Below are positions 1-6,518 of a DNA stretch of 41,488 nt, piece after piece. How positions within the stretch are numbered: position 1 is the first letter of the stretch; the number at the start of each line of letters is the position of its first letter. Position numbers and translations under genes: made by a program. The stretch comes from a virus. Taxonomy: Duplodnaviria > Caudoviricetes. The stretch spans positions 1 to 41,488 of the IMG/VR virus record IMGVR_UViG_3300032277_002045. The stretch is one strand, 5' to 3'. Below the pieces are notes generated by a model, which saw nothing but the letters and a program-made list of their open reading frames with translations, searched no databases and was not told where the DNA came from.

Positions 1-54
1 TCTGTTGCTAAGCTGGTTAAACTCCGCCTTTGGACCGGCATTACCCACGTATCT

Positions 55-117
55 CTACGCGTTTGGGTTGGTCAACCACTCTGAAGGAGTGATTACACCA
101 TTATGTTCTGTGTACAT
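55..117 (-). CDS. Candidate 20-aa peptide MYTEHNGVITPSEWLTNPNA (not in the ORF track)
   Basis: Minus-strand ATG at 117-115 and TAG at 57-55. It is preceded by AAAACCAAACAAC, the same element found upstream of genes at 11605, 16087 and 20038. Confidence 0.35.
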   Translation of the reverse strand: MYTEHNGVITPSEWLTNPNA

Positions 118-156
118 AACGTTGTTTGGTTTTAAGTGTAATAGGATAATTAAATA

Positions 157-194
157 ACTACTACCAATGCTATCCCTTAAACATTGGTAGTAGT
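157..194. repeat. Perfect 13-bp inverted repeat (hairpin), possible terminator or RNA processing element
   Basis: ACTACTACCAATG (157-169) pairs with CATTGGTAGTAGT (182-194); 12-nt loop. Confidence 0.8.
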
Positions 195-200
195 GTAGTT

Positions 201-286
201 CTGTTTCCACGCAAATCTACAGTGCGCAGTTACTCAGCCCGCTTGAGTAACAATGCTTTCCAGCAACAGGGCAAACCCGTTAGGGC
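201..286 (-). ncRNA. Candidate structured RNA (four-way junction plus a small hairpin) downstream of the 291..587 gene
   Basis: On the minus strand, a closing stem CUGUU/AACAG encloses three arms: GCU-GGAA-AGC (GNRA loop), GUUACUCA/UGAGUAAC and GCGCA/UGCGU. A GCCC-UAAC-GGGU hairpin lies upstream. The G-U pairs form only on the minus strand. Confidence 0.4.
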
Positions 287-290
287 ACTC

Positions 291-587
291 TTATCCCTTG
301 CAGGATAGAGTGTCCAACGTGTTCTCGTCAGAGCCCGGAAGGTGTAACATGTAAGAGGAGTCCTCTTCTGTTCCGCCTTCAACGTCAACCCAGGTGACGC
401 GGAGTTCAGGTGATAACGAAGTTATCTCCTTTGATACTCTGCCAGTCATCTCGGTGCCGTCCACCACGAAGAAGTTCTTCTTGGTGTGAGGGTTCTTGAT
501 AAGCTTGATGGTGTTAGCACCTAAGCTTATTACGAAATCAATCACTGATTGTGATTTGTTGCTGAAAATTAATTTTTTCTGTGACAT
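291..587 (-). CDS. Hypothetical protein, probably an early gene
   Basis: 98-aa ORF with an A-rich start context, divergent from the late operon. This region looks more GC-rich than the rest of the window. Confidence 0.7.
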   Translation of the reverse strand: MSQKKLIFSNKSQSVIDFVISLGANTIKLIKNPHTKKNFFVVDGTEMTGRVSKEITSLSPELRVTWVDVEGGTEEDSSYMLHLPGSDENTLDTLSCKG

Positions 588-744
588 ATCTTAAATTTTT
601 TAAATTATTGGCTAGGGGGTATCCCCAACTCAAAATTTAGCCGGGGAGCAGAATCATAGGACCCCATGCACATGCAACACATACAACATTTTGCAGAGGG
701 GGTATAAATTTTTTGGATTAAAGAGTGGGGGGACTGCTAGGAAA

Positions 745-756
745 TTTGTATATTAT
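745..756 (+). promoter_or_regulatory. Putative phage late promoter motif TTTGTATATTAT
   Basis: Identical 12-mer in intergenic DNA at 745, 17837, 19431 and 38883, each upstream of a + strand gene. Confidence 0.7.
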
Positions 757-773
757 TTATATAAAGAAGTAAC

Positions 774-1079
774 ATGGAACAACCAGAGTTTAATGAAGAG
801 GAGCAATTATCTGAATTAGAAAAGATGAAATTAGAGCGTATCATGTTAGATACAGCCTATGATAATTCCTATAGAGTATTAACAAATAAGATTGCATTTG
901 AAGATCTAATAGAAGAGAAACATGATATAGGTGTTAGTGCTCTTATGGCCTATGATCCTCATTCAGGTATTGAAAGAGAAGAGCTGGAGACTATGATTGA
1001 CTACTATGTAGCAGAGGATACAGAAGAGCATTACTTACGTTGCGCAGAACTAAAAAAGATATTAGATGAAATGGATTAG
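774..1079 (+). CDS. Acidic hypothetical protein with a C-terminal UVR-like (UvrB/UvrC) coiled-coil motif
   Basis: C-terminal EEHYLRCAELKKILD resembles the EDYExAAxLRD UVR motif. Confidence 0.6.
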   Translation: MEQPEFNEEEQLSELEKMKLERIMLDTAYDNSYRVLTNKIAFEDLIEEKHDIGVSALMAYDPHSGIEREELETMIDYYVAEDTEEHYLRCAELKKILDEMD

Positions 1080-1941
1080 TAGTATAGTATTCTTCTTATG
1101 TACAGTTTTTGTATCCGGGCAGCAGATATTGGAGCAATTTGATAGCTTTGATGGAGTTGGAGAATGGACTTCACCTGGATTGGCTAATACAGGTTCTCAT
1201 TCTGGAGAACTTTGTTTCAATGTAACAGGTACTTACACTAATGGTGAGTTTTATGTATTTCAATCTCCAATATATGATTTTAGTAGTTGGAGTACTGTAG
1301 ATTTACTGTGGTCTCAAGAAAGTGATATAAGAACCGGGGATCTATTTGCATTGTATTTCTATGATGGGGGCTGGTTTTATTATGATATCTCTAATCTAAA
1401 TGGAACATATATGGTATCATTACCCACAACTACAATTGCTATTGCATTTGTTTTAGATGCTGGCGGAACGGGGAACTTAAACAATAAGTATTCGCATGTA
1501 GGTTTCCTTGACATATCAGATCCAGTAGCATTACCTATTGAATTGTTAAGCTTTAGTGCTGAACCTGTTCAAGATGGTGTGATAGTTGAATGGTCAACAG
1601 CCTCTCAAATAAATAATGACTACTTTTCTGTTGAGCGTAGCACAGATGCATATGAATGGTGGGAAATGATCAGAATAAACGGTGCCGGAAATGCCAACAC
1701 CCAAATAGATTATACATGGCTTGATGTTAATCCTGTTGATGGCACATCTTATTACAGATTAAAGCAAACTGATTATGATGGTGAGTCTGAAACATTTAAC
1801 CCCGTATCTGTTACTATAATAAGGAAAAAACCTAAACTTATCAAGAAGACCAACATAATGGGTCAAGACGTAAATGACGAATACCGTGGTATCGTTATAG
1901 AACACTATTCGGATAATACATTTAGAAAAACAATTCAGTAA
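1066..1941 (+). CDS. Secreted protein resembling a Bacteroidota T9SS cargo (signal peptide, LPIELLSF Ig-like domain, short CTD-like tail)
   Basis: Signal peptide MKWISSIVFFLCTVFVSG followed by Q. Domain LPIELLSFSA...VEWSTASQINNDYFSVERS...YYRLKQTDYDG. C-terminus KLIKKTNIMGQDV...GIVIEHYSDNTFRK. Confidence 0.75.
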   Translation: MKWISSIVFFLCTVFVSGQQILEQFDSFDGVGEWTSPGLANTGSHSGELCFNVTGTYTNGEFYVFQSPIYDFSSWSTVDLLWSQESDIRTGDLFALYFYDGGWFYYDISNLNGTYMVSLPTTTIAIAFVLDAGGTGNLNNKYSHVGFLDISDPVALPIELLSFSAEPVQDGVIVEWSTASQINNDYFSVERSTDAYEWWEMIRINGAGNANTQIDYTWLDVNPVDGTSYYRLKQTDYDGESETFNPVSVTIIRKKPKLIKKTNIMGQDVNDEYRGIVIEHYSDNTFRKTIQ

Positions 1942-1966
1942 ACTTTAATTATTTAAACTTTTTTCA

Positions 1967-1974
1967 TATATTTG
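1967..1974 (+). promoter_or_regulatory. Possible Bacteroidota housekeeping promoter -7 element (TAnnTTTG)
   Basis: TATATTTG in intergenic DNA 23 nt before the ATG at 1998; no clear -33 TTTG. Confidence 0.4.
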
Positions 1975-1997
1975 ATTAAAATTTTAAATTAAATATT

Positions 1998-2300
1998 ATG
2001 AGTGAAGAGACCAACAAACAACCGTTAACCCCGGAAGAAGCTGATAAAAGACGTAAAGAAATTACGGATTTTTACAAAAAACAAATACCTCATCTAAAAG
2101 TACAGGCTCAGTATGAGAACTTAATGACAGAGATAGAAGAGTCTCGCGCTAAGAGAATGCAGGCTCAAGCCTTCTTGGCGGATGCGTATATGCAGGTAGA
2201 GAATGCTAAATTAACTCCTGATGAAATGAGTAATAATCAAAAAGAAGCTAAGGAAAACTTTCAGAAAGAGAAAAGAAAACTTAAAGTAGAAAAATCTTAA
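1998..2300 (+). CDS. Hypothetical coiled-coil protein
   Basis: 100-aa charged helical ORF in the operon. Confidence 0.75.
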   Translation: MSEETNKQPLTPEEADKRRKEITDFYKKQIPHLKVQAQYENLMTEIEESRAKRMQAQAFLADAYMQVENAKLTPDEMSNNQKEAKENFQKEKRKLKVEKS

Positions 2301-2301
2301 C

Positions 2302-3249
2302 ATGACTAAGCTATTAAAAAAGGGAGATACTGGACCTAATGTAGTAAGACTTCAGAAAATTATAAATGTTATACCAGATGGTAAGTTTGGTCCCCATACT
2401 GAAAAGGCTGTAATGCGCTTTCAGCTAGAAAAACAACTAAAAGTAGATGGGATAGTTGGACCTAAGACATGGCATATGCTTACCATGAGTAAATCCAGCG
2501 GTGAAGCAATTGATGAAGATAGTGATATAAACTCGCAATACTTTAAAACTTCTTATAATCAGTTAATCCATAAATATTACCTAAGTAAAGATGAATACGC
2601 TTCTAAAAGAGGCGGGAATGAATATTGTTTTTTACATCATACAGCTGGTAGAGAAAATCCATACAGAACAATAGATCATTGGAACAAGGATACCCGGGGT
2701 AGAGTTGCTACAGAGTTTGTTATAGGGGGTCAATCCCATAAAACAGGTGATGATAAATATGATGGCAATACAGTACAAGCTTTTCCAGAAAGCGGGTATG
2801 GATGGCATTTAGGTAAGACTGGATCTGGACATATGAACAGACACTCTGTTGGTATAGAAATATGCTCTACAGGATACTTAGATGAAATCATAGATATAGA
2901 TGGAACTATTACGGAATACCGTACATATTTTAATTCCGCTGTAGATAAAAGTCAAGTTATAAAACTTGATGAGCCATTTAGAGGTAAATTTTTTTATCAC
3001 AGGTATTCAGACAAACAAATAGAAGAGGTTGATAAGCTTTTAAGATATATAGCAGAAAGAGATCAGATTGATATGAGAATAGGACTTCAACAGTTTATAA
3101 AGAAGTATGGTCCTAAGAAAGCATTTGAATTTCAAGAAGATGCCTATTATGGTAAAGTTAAAGGCTTATTAAGTCACACTAATGTAAGAAGAGGTAAATC
3201 AGATGTTTATCCAGATGAGAGATTAGTGGAAATAATTTTAAAACTTTAG
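2302..3249 (+). CDS. Endolysin: N-terminal peptidoglycan-binding domain (PG_binding_1) plus Zn-dependent N-acetylmuramoyl-L-alanine amidase (Amidase_2)
   Basis: LKKGDTGPNVVRLQ...DGKFGPHTEKAVMRFQ...VDGIVGPKTW; amidase motifs LHHTAG, SVGIEIC, SHTNVRRGKSD. Confidence 0.9.
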   Translation: MTKLLKKGDTGPNVVRLQKIINVIPDGKFGPHTEKAVMRFQLEKQLKVDGIVGPKTWHMLTMSKSSGEAIDEDSDINSQYFKTSYNQLIHKYYLSKDEYASKRGGNEYCFLHHTAGRENPYRTIDHWNKDTRGRVATEFVIGGQSHKTGDDKYDGNTVQAFPESGYGWHLGKTGSGHMNRHSVGIEICSTGYLDEIIDIDGTITEYRTYFNSAVDKSQVIKLDEPFRGKFFYHRYSDKQIEEVDKLLRYIAERDQIDMRIGLQQFIKKYGPKKAFEFQEDAYYGKVKGLLSHTNVRRGKSDVYPDERLVEIILKL

Positions 3250-3251
3250 AG

Positions 3252-3608
3252 ATGGCAGAAGTAACTAAAATAACAAAGAAAATAAGAACTAGTTTAGATA
3301 AAACATTAAAGTATCAAATACTAACATATTGTTTTTTCAATGATATACAGATAAGCAATGCAGATTTAAATTGCCTAGCTCTATTAGGATTATTGGGTGA
3401 GCATGAACTTACAGATTTTTGCAAGATAGCTGTAACAAATGATGTATTTAAAAGCCCGCAATCTGCAAGAAATGCTGTAAATAAAGCTACTAAAAAAGGC
3501 TTGATATCTAAAAATGGAAATAGCAAAAAAAGTATTCTATTATCTAAAAAAATACAAACTTCAAAGGAGGGTGTAGTTTTATTAGATTTTAAAATTCTTG
3601 GAGAATGA
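3252..3608 (+). CDS. Hypothetical protein, possible winged-helix DNA-binding protein
   Basis: SPQSARNAVNKATKKGLISK resembles a wHTH recognition helix plus wing. Confidence 0.55.
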   Translation: MAEVTKITKKIRTSLDKTLKYQILTYCFFNDIQISNADLNCLALLGLLGEHELTDFCKIAVTNDVFKSPQSARNAVNKATKKGLISKNGNSKKSILLSKKIQTSKEGVVLLDFKILGE

Positions 3609-3964
3609 TACCAAAAAAATATACAACATTTAAAAAGGATATTTCAAATGAAGTTGAGGTACATCAGTCTGTAGTAGATGATCTAGTTCAATTTTATTAT
3701 GCTAAAGTAAGAGAAGCTTTATCTAATTTAGATGATAATAGAGTTTATGTTGAAGGATTAGGTACATTTTCAATAAGAAAGGCAAGACTTGAAAAAGCTA
3801 TAGTTAAAAACAAAAGTTATTTAGGCAATTTAGAAAAGCGTACCTATAAAGGCTATTCTAAAGTATTATCTGTTGAAAATAAGATAGATAAATATGAAAA
3901 AATGTTGATTAAAATTAAAGAAATAAATGATAAAAGATCTGAATTTAAAAACAATAGATCATGA
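3605..3964 (+). CDS. HU/IHF-like DNA-binding protein
   Basis: ISNEVEVHQSVVDDLVQFYYAKVREAL...RVYVEGLGTFSIRK matches the HU/IHF pattern; ATGA overlap with the upstream gene. Confidence 0.75.
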   Translation: MIPKKYTTFKKDISNEVEVHQSVVDDLVQFYYAKVREALSNLDDNRVYVEGLGTFSIRKARLEKAIVKNKSYLGNLEKRTYKGYSKVLSVENKIDKYEKMLIKIKEINDKRSEFKNNRS

Positions 3965-4287
3965 AAATAAAAGATATTTTTAACAATAGAAGTCAAATTC
4001 TAGAAGGAATAAAAAATAAATTATTTAAGAAAGAACATGTAGAAGCTATTGCTAAAGAAAGATGGGAGCAGCATTGTGTAAGGTGTGACTCATTGGATAG
4101 AGATGGTAAAAAATGCACAGTTCCTAAAACAGAACCATGTTGTGGTGAATGTGGTTGCAGCTTGGGTCTTAAAATAAGATCATTATCTAGCTCTTGTCCT
4201 TTAGATAAATGGAATGCTGTACTTACAGACGAAGAAGAAGAAAAGTTAAATAAAAATATAAAAGATGGCAAAGACGGATCTAAATAA
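3961..4287 (+). CDS. Small Cys-rich, probably metal-binding protein (DUF6171-like)
   Basis: CxxC...C...CCxxCGC...K......CPxxKW pattern. Confidence 0.65.
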   Translation: MKIKDIFNNRSQILEGIKNKLFKKEHVEAIAKERWEQHCVRCDSLDRDGKKCTVPKTEPCCGECGCSLGLKIRSLSSSCPLDKWNAVLTDEEEEKLNKNIKDGKDGSK

Positions 4288-4495
4288 ACTTAGGCAAACT
4301 AAAGAGTATTTTACTGAAAAGTATTTTACTGAAAATGTAGACTATACATATGTAAGTAAAAATGATAGATATTTTAAAGAAAAAGTTATAGAGTTGAGAA
4401 AAGATTTTCCCAATGACAGAGAGTTTGGATCAGCTGTTGCACAATTATTACACAAAGATAAAAATCCTGATTTTCCGGGAGTACAAAACTTATAG
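4265..4495 (+). CDS. Hypothetical protein
   Basis: 76-aa ORF filling the operon gap; ends 2 nt before the next ATG. Confidence 0.65.
   Translation: MAKTDLNKLRQTKEYFTEKYFTENVDYTYVSKNDRYFKEKVIELRKDFPNDREFGSAVAQLLHKDKNPDFPGVQNL
4306..4335 (+). repeat. Perfect 15-bp tandem duplication (GTATTTTACTGAAAA x2)
   Basis: Copies at 4306-4320 and 4321-4335, in frame (YFTEK YFTEN). Confidence 0.9.
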
Positions 4496-4497
4496 CT

Positions 4498-5307
4498 ATG
4501 GCAATAACATTTAAAGAAAAAGGACATACATATGAAAGCAATGATCAAGATAAGATAGACTGGATTAGTGTTACATCATTAGTTAGTATGTTTAAAGAAC
4601 CGTTTGATGGTAAAACGCAAGCAAAAAAATCATCTAAAAACAAAAAATCTAAATGGTACGGTATGGCACCAAAAGAAATTTTAGATGCATGGGATAATGA
4701 AAAAAATAGGGCAATTAAACTTGGTAATTGGTATCATAATCAAAGAGAAGCTGATATACTAGATTTTAAAACAATTGAAAAAGATGGAATTGAAGTTCCA
4801 ATAATAAAACCTATAGTTAAAGAAAACGGTGTTAAACTAGCACCAGAACAAAAGCTTTCAGATGGCGTATATCCAGAACATTTAGTTTATTTAAAGTCCG
4901 CGAAAATTTGTGGCCAGGCTGATGTAGTTGAGATAGTGAATGGAGTCATTAATATTAATGATTACAAGACAAATAAAGAAATAAAAGAAAAAGGCTTTAC
5001 TAATTGGGAAGGTATAACTAAGAAGTTATATAAACCAGTATCTCATTTAGATGACTGTAATTTGAATCATTATAACCTACAATTGAGTATTTATGCCTAT
5101 ATTATTAAGAAGCATAATCCTAAACTTAAAATAGGAAAGCTTACAATACAGCATGTAAAATTTAAACAAATAGGTGAAGATGAAAATGGTTATCCAATTA
5201 ATGAACATATAAACGGAGAGCCTATTTTAGAAGATATCACAATGTATGATTTACCTTATCTTAAGTCTGAAGTTATTAGTATTATTAATTGGCTAAAAAC
5301 AAAATAA
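4498..5307 (+). CDS. PD-(D/E)XK family nuclease
   Basis: ISVTSLV; PEHLVY...ICGQADVV...INDYKTNK...HYNLQLSIY motifs of RecB/Cas4-like phage exonucleases. Confidence 0.85.
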   Translation: MAITFKEKGHTYESNDQDKIDWISVTSLVSMFKEPFDGKTQAKKSSKNKKSKWYGMAPKEILDAWDNEKNRAIKLGNWYHNQREADILDFKTIEKDGIEVPIIKPIVKENGVKLAPEQKLSDGVYPEHLVYLKSAKICGQADVVEIVNGVININDYKTNKEIKEKGFTNWEGITKKLYKPVSHLDDCNLNHYNLQLSIYAYIIKKHNPKLKIGKLTIQHVKFKQIGEDENGYPINEHINGEPILEDITMYDLPYLKSEVISIINWLKTK

Positions 5308-5308
5308 A

Positions 5309-5677
5309 ATGGCAGCTATAGATCCAGATGATATGATTGCGTGTACTATTGTTACACAATTTGTAGAAACAGTTACAACAACCGTAACTGAACCTAGTCC
5401 TCCGTTACCTCCACTTCCGCCAGACGCGGATCCTGCAGTTGCTGCAGCCTTAAGTGGTGCGCTGGGCAATACTGCAATTTCATATGATACTCAAGAACAA
5501 AATATAGTAGAGTCACTTCAGAGCGGTTATTATAATAGAACTAAAGTTGTAAGTTTAGAGCCTGTAGTAGATGGGCAGACTTTAGTTCCGGGCAGAACTG
5601 AAATATTTTTTGACAATGGTTCATCTATAAAAATTGCAGCACTGATGATAACTGTATTAAATGATATAACAACATGA
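5309..5677 (+). CDS. Hypothetical protein with a Thr/Pro/Ala-rich low-complexity segment
   Basis: 122-aa ORF containing TVTTTVTEPSPPLPPLPPDADPAVAAAL; tightly packed in the operon. Confidence 0.7.
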   Translation: MAAIDPDDMIACTIVTQFVETVTTTVTEPSPPLPPLPPDADPAVAAALSGALGNTAISYDTQEQNIVESLQSGYYNRTKVVSLEPVVDGQTLVPGRTEIFFDNGSSIKIAALMITVLNDITT

Positions 5678-6189
5678 TAGTAAAATTATTTGATATTCAA
5701 AATGATAAAGTAGTAGTAACAGAACACTGTTATGCTTTAGACTTTTTAAAATCTATAATGGAAGAATATCCTGAATCATATATGTCCATATATCAATATT
5801 TATTTTATATGGCTTGTCCAGATCCAGAATCTAATCCGTTTTTTAACTTACCGGAACATGAAAAAGAAGATATTGTTATAACAGAAGTTAGTTTAGAAGA
5901 ATCTACAGAAGATCCTAAGATAAGATATGCTTTAGATATGTGTTTAAAAATGTATGAAACGCCAACAATGCGGGCATATATGGGAATTAAAAAGGCTTTA
6001 GATAATATGGCTACATATATGGCAAATACTCAAATAACAGATGGTAGAGATGGAAACATTAGTCAAATAAGAGCTGTAGCTAAAGACTTTGACGCAATTA
6101 GGCAATCATTTAAAGGTGCATTTAAGGATTTAAAAGATGAACAATCAACTTCTGTACGCGGAGGTCAAGGATTAGCGTATGACCAATAA
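5674..6189 (+). CDS. Conserved-looking phage protein upstream of the terminase (possible small terminase or packaging accessory)
   Basis: 171-aa helical protein. The function is inferred from position only. Confidence 0.5.
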   Translation: MIVKLFDIQNDKVVVTEHCYALDFLKSIMEEYPESYMSIYQYLFYMACPDPESNPFFNLPEHEKEDIVITEVSLEESTEDPKIRYALDMCLKMYETPTMRAYMGIKKALDNMATYMANTQITDGRDGNISQIRAVAKDFDAIRQSFKGAFKDLKDEQSTSVRGGQGLAYDQ

Positions 6190-6242
6190 TTTAATTTTTT
6201 TATACTGGGATGAACCCATATACAAATCAAAATCAAATAAAA

Positions 6243-6518
6243 ATGACAAAGCAAAAGGTAGTACCAATAGGCAGAAAAGTATTGATAAAGAACAAAGTAC
6301 CAGCTCAATATTATCCGGGAACAACAATACTGAAAACAGAAGTAGTAAATGAATATATTGCTGATATAGTAGCAGTTGGAGATGCCGTTCAAGGGTTGGA
6401 GGTTGGAGATGTTGTAAAATACTCTGAACATGCAGACGGTATAGATATGATGCATGATGGCGAAAAAGTACAACTAATGAACTATGATATGATATTTGCA
6501 AAAATAGTAGATGCATAA
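6243..6518 (+). CDS. groES: GroES/Cpn10-like co-chaperonin
   Basis: VVPIGRKVLIK...IVAVGDAVQGLEVGDVVKY...DGEKVQLMNYDMIFAKI. ATG 6243 (A-rich context, GroES length) is preferred over 6210. Confidence 0.85.
   Translation: MTKQKVVPIGRKVLIKNKVPAQYYPGTTILKTEVVNEYIADIVAVGDAVQGLEVGDVVKYSEHADGIDMMHDGEKVQLMNYDMIFAKIVDA

Noticed and set aside
201-269. Hammerhead ribozyme or tRNA-Tyr (CUGA...GAAA and a CUGUAGA loop on the minus strand)
   Set aside because: The core reads CUGAGUA rather than CUGAnGA and is sequestered in a stem. Arm order and lengths do not fit a tRNA, and there is no T-loop or CCA. Kept only as an unclassified structured RNA.
4498-5307. Cas4 / CRISPR-associated system
   Set aside because: No four-Cys Fe-S cluster pattern, no cas neighbours and no repeat-spacer array seen anywhere in the window.
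6210-6242. Upstream ATG for groES
   Set aside because: The extension is low-complexity A-rich sequence typical of a Bacteroidota initiation region; GroES similarity begins after ATG 6243.
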